NCBI GenBank assembly: GCA_963817955.1
Contig: CAWFQK010000004.1
Span: 672,001-736,000, forward strand
Direction: 5' to 3'
Length of the DNA stretch: 64,000 nucleotides
Origin: an uncultured Gemmatimonadaceae bacterium
Lineage (GTDB): Bacteria > Gemmatimonadota > Gemmatimonadetes > Gemmatimonadales > Gemmatimonadaceae
Part shown: positions 44,140 through 54,873 of the stretch, piece after piece
Layout: each line of letters opens with the position of its first letter
Numbering within the stretch: position 1 is the stretch's first letter
Notes under the pieces: model-generated
The model's database searches: none
Seen by the model: the letters and a program-made list of their open reading frames with translations, nothing else
Told to the model about the DNA's origin: nothing
Program-made: the position numbers and the translations under genes

Positions 44140-44480
44140 GCGCGGCTACCAGATAACTTCTGCGGCGTTGTTCGTCTCTGCCTCGCTCAGGTTCTCGAGA
44201 TTGTTGAGATGCAACAACACGCCGCGAGCGTCTGATCCGCGAACAAGGCCCATCAGGTCGCGCATGACTCGGGGGGCGTCAATGAGGATGTCCTTGGGAG
44301 TCACGACCGTCGTGGCTGTTGTTGCGCCGAGCCCGACGCCGACCGACGAACAAGCTGAGTGGCCTGGCCGAAGCGTCGCCGGTTTCGAGAGTGCCCTGGA
44401 AGAACGGTGAGCTTCTGAAGAACGGTGAGCTTCTGAGGTTGTTGAGGTTCCACTCCGTTGGAAGCGGTGGCAGCGATATT
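44140..44480 (-). pseudogene. Remnant of a probable P-loop ATPase (other pieces at 49788-50035 and 55155-55245)
   Basis: SPFFQGTLE...LFVGR N-terminus and GVLLHLNNLENL Walker-B-like strand; Walker A missing. Confidence 0.45.
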
Positions 44481-44567
44481 GACGACAGGGTTTATAAGGT
44501 GAGTTCGGCGAAAACGTTATAATGGCGGTCTATAAGGTGAAATGCTTGACCAGCAGGCATATAAGCC

Positions 44568-44587
44568 ATTTCCATTATAATGGAAAT
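44568..44587. promoter_or_regulatory. Perfect 20-bp palindrome ATTTCCATTATAATGGAAAT in an AT-rich patch
   Basis: Read directly; nearby TATAAGGTGA twice and TTGAC. Confidence 0.6.
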
Positions 44588-44686
44588 ACGACGTCCAACG
44601 ACGCCATGCCAGGCATCTCCCGACACGCCTCGAACGCCACCCACGGAACCTCGCGCGCGACGTCTGCGGTGTGGATGCCGGATCTG

Positions 44687-45155
44687 TTACGCGCCGGATA
44701 CCGGCCCCTCGTCTATGGGCACGTAGAAGAACCCCCGGCCCATGCGGGACGCGCGGCCGGGTCGCAGGATCCCGTCAGTTTCCATTGTCGTCAACAACGA
44801 ACCAACGTATGGCACGATCGCCGGTTCGGCATGACCCCGGGCAAGCATGTAGGGTGGGTGGGTGGGTGATGATGTTTGACGGGGCAATGCCGCCGATGAA
44901 GCCGCGGGGGGACGTTACGACGAGGGTGTCGCCAACGTGCTCGACGGTGGTCGGCTGCCGCGACAACCAGTCGCGGTGAACGATGCCGTTGATGATTGCC
45001 TCCCGAAGCGCCCGCGGTGGTATGGCGCGTGCCTGTGCCTGGGCAAAGCCCTCCGAGGCGTGCACGAGCCGGTTCCCCGCCTCGCTCGCTTGCTCGACCT
45101 CCGCGATCTGTTGGAGCAGCGGGCCCGCCTTCGGCGGCCAGCCCGGCAAGTACAT
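44687..45155 (-). pseudogene. HATPase_c_4 (RecG C-terminal-like) regulator remnant
   Basis: ALREAIINGIVHRDW...VTSP.GFIGG; disrupted near 44860. Confidence 0.8.
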
Positions 45156-45270
45156 CGGCTACATGTTGGGCCACCGGATCGAAGAATCCAAAGGTCATCG
45201 GAAGAATTCCGGCCAGGGGTTATACTTTTGCCCGGAAAGTGTAACTTTTGGCCGTCACTTAGACCTGGGC

Positions 45271-46227
45271 CTACTGGAACGCCTCTTCCAGCAGCCTCAA
45301 CTGCTCCGCGAGTTGCTGTCTGACTGACTCCGGTGCCAGCACCTCTGCCTCCGGCCCATACTGCAACACGTGCCGCATCGCCCAGTGCTCGTCGGCGAGC
45401 GGATGCTCCAGCGTCAGGCTGCCGTCCGGGGCAACGTGCTTCCCTTCCCGCTCCGCGATCCATCCGGCAATACGCGGCGAATAGCGCACAACGAGTGTCT
45501 CGACGCGCTCCGTCTCGAAGAGACGGGTGCCAGTGATGATCTCATCGACTGAATAGTCGGCAGCAAGCTCGAAGGTCTCGTCGGTCTGCGCCACCGACTC
45601 CATCCGGTCGAGGCGGAAGACTCGCAGCGCCTCGCTGGTCTGGCAGAACGCCACCATGTACCACATGCCGCGGGCGAACACGAGGCTGTACGGGCAGACG
45701 ATACGCGATCTCGACGTCGTCGATGCGCCGGCACGATAGCGTATCGCGAGCTTGCGCCGCAGGCGATGGGCGGTCTGAATGGACGCGAGGTGATCGGCAC
45801 CAGCGGCCGAGATCTCCGCGTGCTGTACGCCTTCCAGGCGGTCATTGACCGGCAGTCGCGTGATCGCCTCCCGCAGGCGCTCGAGCGCGCGGTCTACTGC
45901 CGGCCATTCCTCCGGCGTCCGCTCGCGTCGCAGGAGGGCAAGCCCAAGCTCCAATGCGCACAGCTCGCGCATCGTCAGTCGCATTGGTCGCAGGAAGTGC
46001 GTCGTGAATGCACTCAATTCCCTGTCGTCCCACTCGAGGCTCAGGCCGGCGACGAATCCGCTCGGTTCGTCGAAGCGTTCGCCGAGGGAGATCACGTCAT
46101 CCAGCAATGTCTTGCGGGACACGCCCAGTCGTTCCGCAATGTCATCGATGGCGTGGGCCTCGCCGTCCGCGACTTGCGGAATGAGGAGGAGAATGCGATT
46201 GAGCGCGTGCGCGGCGGTGTCGCTCAT
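45271..46227 (-). CDS. WYL-domain regulator, PafC-like (intact copy)
   Basis: HTH, CPYSL...WYMVAFC...FRLDRM, WCX VLQYGPEAEVLAP. Confidence 0.92.
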   Translation of the reverse strand: MSDTAAHALNRILLLIPQVADGEAHAIDDIAERLGVSRKTLLDDVISLGERFDEPSGFVAGLSLEWDDRELSAFTTHFLRPMRLTMRELCALELGLALLRRERTPEEWPAVDRALERLREAITRLPVNDRLEGVQHAEISAAGADHLASIQTAHRLRRKLAIRYRAGASTTSRSRIVCPYSLVFARGMWYMVAFCQTSEALRVFRLDRMESVAQTDETFELAADYSVDEIITGTRLFETERVETLVVRYSPRIAGWIAEREGKHVAPDGSLTLEHPLADEHWAMRHVLQYGPEAEVLAPESVRQQLAEQLRLLEEAFQ

Positions 46228-46787
46228 GCGTCCACCGGTGAGTCCGCATGTGCGCCCGTCACCGGCGAGCCGAGTGCGGCCGCCGCGATCACCGCGCCGC
46301 TCGAGCCGCGAAACTCCACCGTCACCGAGACGACCTCATTGTCGCCGAGTTCCCACGCGAGTCGGGAGCGAGCGTGCTCGCGGAGCACGAACGATCCCGG
46401 AATCTCGTACTGGGGCACCTCGCGGTCGGGAGCAAGCTGCTTCACCCCCGCTATGCGATTGACGCGGAAGTTGCGCAGTGCCCCGCGATCGACGTCTCGC
46501 GCGACGAGATACCAGTGTGCGTTGAGAAAGAAAAGCCCATAGGGGAAGTCCGCGGTGCGCAGACGATACCGAAAATCCGTGTCGCCGTCCTCTCCTTCGC
46601 TTTCGATGGGCACGCCAAAGGCTTTCAGATCCCGCTTGTCGCGCTCGAACTGGCGCTTGGCGGTCGCCCTCTCCTTTCCATTGTAGGCCGGGACTTCGCG
46701 GGCGATCTCCTCGAAGGTGATGGCGCGCTGACGACCGAGCAGGGCGGCGAGGAGGTCGATCCAGCGTTGCAACTTGGACGATGACAT
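46224..46787 (-). pseudogene. WYL-domain regulator, PafB-like, with two in-frame deletions
   Basis: 187 aa versus 368 aa for the paralog at 56219-57325; junction RTADF|PYGLF. Confidence 0.9.
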
Positions 46788-46841
46788 GCGCTACGCGGTG
46801 GGGAGCTGGTGCGGCATTGGAAGCCTATTCGAAGGAGAAAC

Positions 46842-47024
46842 TTACCGCTCCTGAGCCTCGAGAATCACGATGTTCCTGAACGTCGGGTGCTGCCGTTGGA
46901 GCTCCGCTTGGATCGCGAGTTCCGACTGACCGTAGACCGTCAAGACGGCCCGATTGACGCGTCGCTGGTCCGAGCCATCGGTCGAGTGCTCATAGATGAC
47001 GCTGAATGTCTGATAGTGCGCCAC
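46842..47024 (-). CDS. 60-aa hypothetical protein, copy A
   Basis: GAGGAGG RBS; differs from copy B mostly at synonymous sites. Confidence 0.7.
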   Translation of the reverse strand: MAHYQTFSVIYEHSTDGSDQRRVNRAVLTVYGQSELAIQAELQRQHPTFRNIVILEAQER

Positions 47025-47663
47025 TCAAGTCACCTCCTCTGTCCGGGGGAGGTGAGGCCGCACCAACTCCGTGAGTGTTTCCTGGTCTACAATAGATTCC
47101 GACATCAGCCGCTTGGCTATGGCATCCAGGAGTGGGCGGCGCCGCTGTTGCGGCTCGGGGTTGTCTCCGTGAGTATGATTGGCTGAGCAATGCACCGTTT
47201 CGCTTGATGCGTTCCTCCGCTGTATGATGTACGAAGGCCCTGACAGCCGGGCGGCTCGCGGGACGAATCAGCACCAGGAGCCGGACGGTGGCCCTCAGAC
47301 TGTTGAACTACGAGTGGATCGACAGCGCGGTGGCGAGAATAGTCGGCGCGGGTCGGCAAGCGCCGCTGAGCGCGGTCGCGCCGGCGACCGCCCTGTGCAG
47401 GAATAATCGGACTATGCTGCCGATCGGCGCGATGGAAATCCGCGTTCTCCTACCCGCTGGCCTCGGGTACGCGGTCGAAGTGCAGCTTCCCGAGGGAGGA
47501 TTCCACGTGGACCACTTGGCGACGCTACGCATCAAGAGCCCTGGCTTCTGCGCGCCATCCACCAACGAACGCTCATGAGGCCGTCTGAGCCTTCCAACCA
47601 TTTCCGGTTGTCAAGCTGTCCAATCCGTCTGGACATCGGTTGTGCCCTCGGAGTGTGCCGCTT

Positions 47664-48464
47664 ATGCGCGTTTGTCGTACCTTCTCTGGACTGCTGCTCG
47701 GCCTTGCCATGAGCGCGGGCGCTCAAGCGCTCTCCACTCCGGAACTGCCGTTGCCGGCAACCGGCGTTGACTTTTCTGGCGTCGATCAGTTCTGGCGAAT
47801 CCTCGATGTGCTCCAGGCGGACTCGGAACCAGCGGAATCGCAATGGCGCGCACTCCAGCTGACTCCTGGTTATCGGCTCGCGCAGACCGCGATCGGAGAC
47901 GTCGTGCGCGACGAGTTCGAGATCGCCTTTCGCCCCTCGCGGCGGGCAGTGTTCGACAGTCTCGTCAAGCTCGATAACGACCGCGCGCTCGACTTGATGC
48001 ACCTTGCTCGGGCTGCGTCGCTCCGTTCTGAGTTAGTGGCGTTCCGCAATGAGGGAATCGCAGACCTCATCGACAAGCCGTTTCCCTTCTCGTCGCCGAA
48101 TCCGTCGCGCGCTGCCTATGCTGAGCGGTACAACGCAGAATACGCACATGCTCCCGCCACACTTCATGCGCTGGATTCGCTGCTCGCCGTAGTGTCGAAA
48201 GACTCGACCCAGATGGCGTCCGCCGGCCTGCGTGCACGAACGCTCCTCTGGTCCAGCGGACACCCTAATGGCGCCTACATTGCTCGTGAGATCTACGAGA
48301 CCTTCGGTGTGGATTCGCTCTTTCCCGCGATATTCAATCCGGCGGCTTTTCTTCGAACGTACGCCTCGGCGGAGAAGACACGCAGCAAGCCAAGCCCGTT
48401 TTCGCGCAAGGCGACCAGGGTCATCGAGTTGCTGGAACGACGATACTGGGTCCGGAATAAATAG
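47664..48464 (+). pseudogene. Secreted DUF5700-like putative peptidase, probably internally deleted
   Basis: Signal peptide, EGIADL, GHPNG; no HExxH; abrupt junction VAFR|NEG. Confidence 0.45.
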
Positions 48465-48584
48465 AGAGACCTTTCGATGTCGCGCTGCGCTATCTAACTG
48501 GTCGTTGCACTTGGCAAACGGCTGAGGAGGTCGCGTGCTCCGCACGCGCTCTTGTTTTATCGCTTGCAAGTGAACTCTGGCGTT

Positions 48585-48685
48585 CTGCCGCAGCCGCACG
48601 ACGTCGCGAGGTCAGCACACGCACCAAGTCGCGCCTCGTTGCGCCCGTCGCGAAGAAGGCTCGGAGCAGCAGATCCACGATGAGA
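48585..48685 (-). repeat. Copy of the 3' end of the XRE antitoxin at 51362-51462
   Basis: DLLLRAFFATGATRRDL.RVLTSRRRAAAA in both. Confidence 0.88.
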
Positions 48686-48747
48686 CCGGAGGCCAGCCCA
48701 GTCATAACTTCTAGGCGGATGCCTGGGCATCGTCGGACATTCAGTGA

Positions 48748-49035
48748 ATGGCACTCACCTTCGAGTGGGATCCGCGCAAGGATGCTGAGAATCGCAAGAA
48801 ACACGACGTCGCGTTCGATGAAGCGCGGACCGTCTTCGCGGATCCGCTTGGCCGGATTGTCGATGACCCGCGCCACTCGAAGGGCGAGGTCCGGATGACT
48901 CTGCTCGGCCTCTCTGGTCGTCGGCGACTTCTTGCAGTAATGTTCACTGAGCGCGGCGAGGACCGCGTTCGAATCATCAGCGCCCGACGCGCGACGCATC
49001 ATGAACGCCATGACTACGAAGAAGCCCGCCCGTAA
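48748..49035 (+). CDS. brnT: BrnT family toxin
   Basis: FEWD..K...N..KH...F, RIISARRAT..ER..YE. Confidence 0.92.
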   Translation: MALTFEWDPRKDAENRKKHDVAFDEARTVFADPLGRIVDDPRHSKGEVRMTLLGLSGRRRLLAVMFTERGEDRVRIISARRATHHERHDYEEARP

Positions 49036-49285
49036 GAGCTCTGCCGCCGCTGCGCGTGTCGCCGAAGACGACATGTTGCCGGAGTACGATTTTTCGCGCG
49101 CGCGCCTGAACCCGTACGCGAAGCGACTTGCGCAGGATGCCGTGATGGTTGTCCTTGATCCCGATGTTGCGCGGCTCTTTCCGGACGCGACATCGGTGAA
49201 TGATGCGTTGCGAGCCTTAGGACGCATCGCGGAACGGACGCCCCGCCGGTCACGCTCGAAGCGCCGCACCGCCAACGAACGCTGA
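49010..49285 (+). CDS. BrnA-like antitoxin
   Basis: MLPEYDFS...NPYA...LDPDVA...VNDALR; overlaps brnT. Confidence 0.8.
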   Translation: MTTKKPARKSSAAAARVAEDDMLPEYDFSRARLNPYAKRLAQDAVMVVLDPDVARLFPDATSVNDALRALGRIAERTPRRSRSKRRTANER

Positions 49286-49335
49286 AGCTGACGGGCGGTT
49301 TAGCGAGGCTCGAACCTCTATTCGCGACGTCTACC

Positions 49336-49744
49336 ATGAGCTCAACCAAGCGAAGCGCCCTCACACTTGCCGTCCTCGCTGTCGTGGCTGCCGGCCTCGA
49401 CGCCATTGCTGGTCGCGCGCTCCAGGCCTCGCCGACGCCGAGCATCGTGCTCGGCCTTGGACTTGTGGCGTGGGCCACCACGACAGCCCAGGGCCGCAAT
49501 CCTCGGCGGCGTTGCAGCCTGGGTCATCTTCCTCGCCACGTATTGGCTAACGGCTTCGAGTCTCGTCGGATGGAATGGCTCGCTGCCATGGCGGCCGCGC
49601 GGCGAATGGCTGCTCGGGTGGACGGCCGCAGCGGTTGCTGTCGCGGCCGTGGCGCGCGCCGCGATGGGCCGCAGCCTCGGCGGCGCACCCGCTAATGCGC
49701 GGTCGGCGCAGGAGGTCTCGCCCGAAGGTTCACGCCGGGGCTGA
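49336..49744 (+). pseudogene. Frameshifted duplicate of the 43677-44102 membrane protein
   Basis: Near-identical DNA with a short deletion near 49480. Confidence 0.85.
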
Positions 49745-50049
49745 GACTCGCAGTTCCCGATCAGGGTTAGTTGTTTGAGGATCGCGGCTACCATGATCGG
49801 GCGCGCATCATGTTTCGTCGACGGCTCCGAGGCAGCGGGGCACGCTCCGCCCGACTTCGAGACCGCAGCCTGTGAGATGTCCCATAGTTCCCGTAATGAT
49901 TTCTGCGTGTGCGTGGCGCCCGGCGATTGAGTCCCCCATGCCATGAGTTGTTCAACGCGCCCGCGTTCCGAGAGGGTCGCGAGGTGGAGCGCATACCGCT
50001 GTTGAAGCGCCGGCCGAATATCGGCGACAGCGGATTCACGGGCGCCGAG

Positions 50050-51197
50050 TATGCGGTGCACGCCGGGACGAAACCCTTCCGATTTGAAGCTGTGGTTCCA
50101 GCGTTCGAACTTCCCGTTCGACTGCGGATAGTACGGCGAGGTCCGGACGTGCGTCATCTTCGAGAGGCAGATGAATTCTTTGAAGTCCCTCGCGATGAAC
50201 TGCGGGCCATTGTCCGAAATGATCCGCGGTCGCGCGCTCCGGGAACTTCTCTTTCGCCCGTTGCAACGTGAGCTCGACGTCCTGTTCCGTCATCTGGACG
50301 CGGAGCTCCCAGTGGAGGATGTAGCGACTGGCCCCGTCGAGGACCGCACAGAGGTAGTAGAAGGTCCCCCCGATGCGGAGGTGCGTGATGTCCATGTGCC
50401 AATGCTCGTGCGGCGCGAGCGGTTGCTGAAAGCCGTGGCCCTTCTTCGACGGCGTGCGATTCCACGCGCGCAGCACGCCCGCGTCGCGCAACACGCGGTA
50501 CGTGGTCGACGGACTCACCGCCACGATGTCGGCATCGAGCATCATGTAGGTGAGTCGGCGGTAGCCCTCCTCGACATGATCGCCATGGTAGGCCAGCATC
50601 GCCTCCCGCTCCGCTGGCGTCAGCCAGTGATCGCGCGGCACCCAAGCATTGTGTTCGTTCACTTTGCCGTAGCGACTGCGCCAGTCGTAGAACTTGCTGG
50701 TCCCGATGCCGACCCAGCGGATGAAGCGCTCGACGGGAATCTCGGTCCGGCGGCTCCAGTGCCGGACGAAATCCATCACCTGGTCGCGCGTCTCGTGGGA
50801 GACCCATTGCCCGCTCAGCGCTCCCCACGACTGTTTTTTTTTAGCGCGACATGCTCCTCCATCAGCTCCGCCAGCACGGTGTCCTTCGTGCGGAGCCGAT
50901 CCTCGAGGTGGGCGATCCGGCGCTGCGCCTTGAGATCAGGGCGCTCGGGGGCACCATTGCTCCGCTCCAGCGCGGCGGCCCCATTCTCAAAGAGCTGCTT
51001 GAGCCACCGGTAGAAGACGGTGGGCTGGAGCTTGGCCTCGTCGCAGACCGTCGAGACTGGGACCTTGTCGATGAGGTGGCGTCGGAGCAAGGTCATCTTC
51101 TCCGCGGCCGTGAAGTTCTTTCGAGTGCGTTTCATGGGCGTGTCCTCCATGCACAATTCTACGAGGGGGACACTCCAGTTCCAGCTGAGGCATTACA
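50050..51197 (-). mobile_element. IS3-family element, 3'-truncated (orfA 50815-51156; orfB frameshifted)
   Basis: TGTAATG end at 51197; A9 slippery run at 50834-50842; WHMDIT, SDNGPQF, PQSNGKFER. Confidence 0.9.
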
Positions 51198-51361
51198 GTC
51201 GCAGTCGTCCTTCATCGGCCTTTCTTGCCGCATTGTGAGGGCAAATGCTGGTAGGCAATTTCCCTAGAGACGGAAGAAATTCTCAGAAGTCATCGGAATT
51301 AGATTGCGAAGCCGCGGGCATCTCCCACACCGAGCCACCCGTCGCCAGCTAACTGAAGGCG

Positions 51362-51694
51362 TTATGCCGCAGCCGCACGACGTCGCGAGGTCAGCACACG
51401 CGCCAAATCGCGCCTCGTTGCACCCGTCGCGAAGAAGGCTCGGAGCAGCAGATCCAATGAGATACTCGGATCGCCGGCCTCCATCTTCGCCACGCGCGAC
51501 TGGCTCGACCGCAGTTTCTTGGCGAGCGCCGTTTGCGTGACACCCTTCGCTTGCCGCCTTGCCCGTAACGCGCGGCTCACCGCCAGGCGCGTTTCCACGA
51601 GGGCCGATTCCTCAGCCGTCAGCTCGAGAAAGTCTGCCGCGGTTCCCGTCTGCCATCCCGCGGCCTCGAGCCGCTTCCGCTTTTTCGCATCCAT
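51362..51694 (-). CDS. XRE-family HTH antitoxin
   Basis: TQTALAKKLRSSQSRVAKMEAGD. Confidence 0.9.
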   Translation of the reverse strand: MDAKKRKRLEAAGWQTGTAADFLELTAEESALVETRLAVSRALRARRQAKGVTQTALAKKLRSSQSRVAKMEAGDPSISLDLLLRAFFATGATRRDLARVLTSRRRAAAA

Positions 51695-51696
51695 AC

Positions 51697-52053
51697 TCAG
51701 TCCTCTCCTCCCACCGCATCATACTGCGCCAGGCGTCGCTGACAATCCCGAACGATTCGTACGGGCGTTTGCTTCGTCGTCTTCTGAAACACGTCGGCAA
51801 TGACCACGGCATCGCGATCCAGACGGTACACGATGCGCCAGGTCTTCCCCGCATCCACCACGCGGAGCTCATGGCACCGCGCGCCGATGCCCGGCATCGG
51901 CCGCGAGTGCGGCAGGCCAAGCCGTTCGCCCCCCTGCAGGCGGCGCAGCAGCATGCCGGCCTCGACCCGGGCCGCTGCGGAGAACGGCGGAGTCTTCACC
52001 TCACCGCGCAGCCAGAGCAATGGCTTATCGTCGCGCGTCATCACTACGAACAT
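51697..52053 (-). CDS. RelE/Gp49-like toxin
   Basis: VKTPPFS, PHSRPM, HELRV, WRIVYR, FQKTT..TP. Confidence 0.9.
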   Translation of the reverse strand: MFVVMTRDDKPLLWLRGEVKTPPFSAAARVEAGMLLRRLQGGERLGLPHSRPMPGIGARCHELRVVDAGKTWRIVYRLDRDAVVIADVFQKTTKQTPVRIVRDCQRRLAQYDAVGGED

Positions 52054-52127
52054 AATGTCCGATACGACATAGCGCCAGAGCGACCGCGACTGCGCCCTCT
52101 AACCCTGCGGGTCGCCGATGGCCAACT

Positions 52128-52214
52128 CATCAAGCGTGACGACCGGATTGCGGTCACGGCGCCCCATCTGCGCCGGCGAGAAATCGCTCGCAGTGTGACA
52201 GAACACTGCGAGAG
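52128..52214. repeat. 87-bp dispersed two-hairpin element, copy 2
   Basis: Matches 26054-26140. Confidence 0.85.
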
Positions 52215-52300
52215 CTCTGATTGCCCCTTGGCCTGTTTGCACACCAGGGGAGGAGCAGAGCTGAACGGAACGGATCGCCCAGGAACGGCATCTAAACACA

Positions 52301-52395
52301 GTGTTGGAATCACAAGATACGGAACGTGCTCGACCTGGTGCCGACGAAACGCCAAGCCGAAGTCACCGTGCAGCTCCAGCAGATCGCCGCGGCGG
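52301..52395 (+). mobile_element. Internal fragment of the IS256 transposase
   Basis: Matches ~58629-58722 (CWNHKIRNVLDLVP...LQQIAAA). Confidence 0.9.
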
Positions 52396-52745
52396 TGCGT
52401 ATTTCGGCGAAGCTGATCACCCAGTTCGCTCGAAGCTGATCAGTCATTTCGGGCGATGGTGATCACCGTGGTCGATCCTGGAAACGGAAGGTCACGGGAG
52501 TCCGGGTGATGGGGTTAGTCGGCCTGCGTTGTTGAGTTGGTCGGGATACGCCGGAGGGAGGCCCCGGTCAGCTTGATGCGATGCGCGTGATGCACGAGCC
52601 GATCGAGAATCGCATCGCCAAACGTGGGGTCGCCGACCAGATCGTGCCAGTGATCGACGGGAATTTGACTGGTGACCAGCGTGGCGCGTCGGTCGGCTCG
52701 ATCTTCGACGATTTCCAGCATGTCGCGGCGTTCGCGATGCCCAGG
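52396..52745 (-). mobile_element. istB: IS21-family right end: istB C-terminus and terminal repeats
   Basis: LEIVEDR, TSQIP, DAILDRLVH; repeated CGAAGCTGATCA boxes at the end. Confidence 0.88.
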
Positions 52746-52757
52746 GCTGAAAGTCCC

Positions 52758-52799
52758 CCGTCATCCAATTATGTGGAGTTCCACATAATTGGATGACGG
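52758..52799. repeat. Perfect 20-bp inverted repeat with 2-nt loop
   Basis: CCGTCATCCAATTATGTGGA-GT-TCCACATAATTGGATGACGG. Confidence 0.92.
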
Positions 52800-52815
52800 A
52801 GGCAAGGCGCCCTAG

Positions 52816-53031
52816 TCGACGTACGGCGATTCGCAGACAACCCGCAACACGTCCATCCGGAAGCGATTCGGCATCGAGGAGCAGAACGCAGCATTGGCTT
52901 CACGACTTCTCAACGAGGCCGTCGAGGACAAGGCGATTGTCGTCCGGGATCAGAAGGTAAGAAACAAGAGCAGGAGCTACCTGCCGTACTGGGCGGCTCC
53001 CCCGGCGGCCGAGCCTGGCGCGGTTGCTTGA
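52816..53031 (+). pseudogene. C-terminal fragment of a RecG-C/HATPase-type regulator
   Basis: Manual translation NTSIRKRFGIEEQNAALASRLL...YLPYWA. Confidence 0.65.
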
Positions 53032-53149
53032 TGTGCGACGTTCCATGTGCCGCTATTCAGGTTGCGTGGCATCTGTAACACCATGGTAATCCGCGAGTTA
53101 GAAGCTGGCTTGGTTGTTTGATGGTTGTTTGATTGGACCGGGATGACCC

Positions 53150-53225
53150 GTTCCCACAGTTGCTCGGCGAGCTCGATTCGCTCCGCCAGGCTCAGATGGC
53201 TGAAGTCGAAGATAGGCCTGGCCCA
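53150..53225 (-). repeat. Partial copy of the addiction-module gene at 54629-54844
   Basis: ARPIFDFSHL..AERIE.AEQLW in both. Confidence 0.88.
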
Positions 53226-53269
53226 TTTGGAGTCCCTCGCAAACGGCCATGGCAAGAGGCCCTGTTGAC

Positions 53270-53362
53270 GGAGAACGCCCCAGCTCAGCTGCAAAGGGGC
53301 GATATACGAGCGAAACCGCAGGCTTCACAATTCAATAAACCCGCTGTCAGCTGCGGCGTACG
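53270..53362. other. attC-like imperfect palindrome
   Basis: GAACGCCCAGCTCAGCTGC...GTCAGCTGCGGCGT; distal GTT core not evident. Confidence 0.4.
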
Positions 53363-53394
53363 CTCGATGGCCGCCACGCGATCGCCGAATGGCG

Positions 53395-53712
53395 TCAGCC
53401 GGCCCGAGAGAGGGGCGCCAACTTCGCGATTTCCTTCGCGTCTTTCGACCGAAGGGCGTGCCAGAGATCCCAATCCGACTGCAGCCCCAGCCAGAAGTCG
53501 GCACTCATGCCGGTGACTCGTGCGAGCCTGAGGGCCGTATCTGGCGTGACGGTACGCTTACCGCGAACAACTTCATTCAACCGGGGGAAGGAGACGCCCA
53601 AGCGAATGGCGAACGCCGACTGCGAGATGCCCAGCGGCTTCAGGAACTCCTCGAGCAACATCTCACCGGGATGAGTGGGCGGGCGCTCGGTGGGAAGTCG
53701 ACGGCGCACCAA
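53395..53712 (-). CDS. higA: HigA family antitoxin (start approximate)
   Basis: PTHPGEMLLEEFL, TPDTALRL, FWLGLQ. Confidence 0.93.
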   Translation of the reverse strand: MVRRRLPTERPPTHPGEMLLEEFLKPLGISQSAFAIRLGVSFPRLNEVVRGKRTVTPDTALRLARVTGMSADFWLGLQSDWDLWHALRSKDAKEIAKLAPLSRAG

Positions 53713-53737
53713 TGGCCGTGACGCAACGGTCCCGCGG

Positions 53738-54031
53738 CTAGTGGTAGTCTGTGACTTCGACTTCGTCGGCATAACCATCCTCCCAACGGAAACAAAGACG
53801 ATACTGCTGATTGACGCGAATACTGTGCTGGCCGCGCCGCGACCCGTGCAACGCTTCGAGCCGGTTCCCCGGCGGCACGGCGAGCTCACGCAGGTCACGA
53901 ACGCGGTTGAGTTGCGTGAGCTTGCGGCGAACGACGGGCCAGAGTTCCCTCGGACACGCCGCCCGGGCTCGCCGACTATCGACGCCGTTGAAAAGATCCT
54001 CCGTAGCCGCGTCGACGAAAGTGCGTATCAC
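53738..54031 (-). CDS. higB: HigB (plasmid-killer type) toxin
   Basis: PPGNRLEAL.G.R.GQHSIRVNQQYRLCF.W...VEVTDYH. Confidence 0.93.
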   Translation of the reverse strand: MIRTFVDAATEDLFNGVDSRRARAACPRELWPVVRRKLTQLNRVRDLRELAVPPGNRLEALHGSRRGQHSIRVNQQYRLCFRWEDGYADEVEVTDYH

Positions 54032-54186
54032 ACCATGTATTATAACGGCGGCCGTAGGGCATGGGCTAGCCGAGAAACGGATGGCTCACCGCGTCGTTCC
54101 CTACCGACGCCGGGATCGAGATCCGCCCAGAAAATGTCCCACCGATGCACTGGGTCGATGTAGGACATAGTGGGGCTATCCCGTCC

Positions 54187-54441
54187 TTAGCCTACGGTAG
54201 AGCCCTGTTCGCGCCCATCGGCCAGCGTCACATCAAACGCGTGCAACATGTCCGACATATCCGACATGAAGTGCGGATCCGAGGCCGCTTCGGCGTACTC
54301 CGCGTAGAGGCGCTCGCGGCGACGCTCTCTCAGGGCGGCGACAACAGCCTGCTCGACGAATGCGTCGGCACTCGAGGCATCCTTCGCTGCCACGACCGCC
54401 TTGATCGCCTCGACTACGCGCTCATGCAGGCGGAATGTCAC
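54187..54441 (-). CDS. Antitoxin-like small protein (RHH-like)
   Basis: TFRL...FVEQAV...LYAEYAEAASDP...DG; no partner toxin seen. Confidence 0.5.
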   Translation of the reverse strand: MTFRLHERVVEAIKAVVAAKDASSADAFVEQAVVAALRERRRERLYAEYAEAASDPHFMSDMSDMLHAFDVTLADGREQGSTVG

Positions 54442-54446
54442 CTTCT

Positions 54447-54632
54447 TCAGCGGATCTGCGGCGGTGCTGCGGCGGCGTGTGACCGCGGAGCGTGGTGTCT
54501 GCTGGATCGTAACGTGACGCGCACGGCGCGCAGGAAGTCAGGCCCGAGGCCATCGCTCCTCTCCTCATACCAGCGAACGGCATCCGCGATGTCCGCTCGC
54601 GACGCTCTCCGAACGAACAAGCGCGGCGTCAT
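54447..54632 (-). pseudogene. Truncated RelE/ParE toxin
   Basis: ADIADAVRWYEERSDGLG.DF then breaks off. Confidence 0.8.
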
Positions 54633-54844
54633 CCGCCGCGCTCTGCAATCTCGTCGATGACCTGTTCCCACGGCTCGCCCAGGTCGCCATCTGCAGCGAG
54701 TTCGACGCGGCGGCGGCGGACCAGCTCAACTTCCTCCGGCGAAGGTGCGATGACGTCGGGTTCGAGGCTGTCCCACAGTTGCTCGGCGAACTCGATTCGC
54801 TCCGCCGGGCGCAGATGGCTGAAGTCGAAGATAGGCCTGGCCAT
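54629..54844 (-). CDS. Addiction module component (antitoxin)
   Basis: ERIEFAEQLWDSL...RRR...PWEQV. Confidence 0.85.
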   Translation of the reverse strand: MARPIFDFSHLRPAERIEFAEQLWDSLEPDVIAPSPEEVELVRRRRVELAADGDLGEPWEQVIDEIAERGG

Positions 54845-54873
54845 ATCGCGACGAGCGAGGCCGGACTCCGAGG

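Noticed and set aside
47288..47578. ORF ending at an attC-like motif
   Set aside because: 5' part derives from the duplicated segment; likely a chimeric fragment, product not assignable
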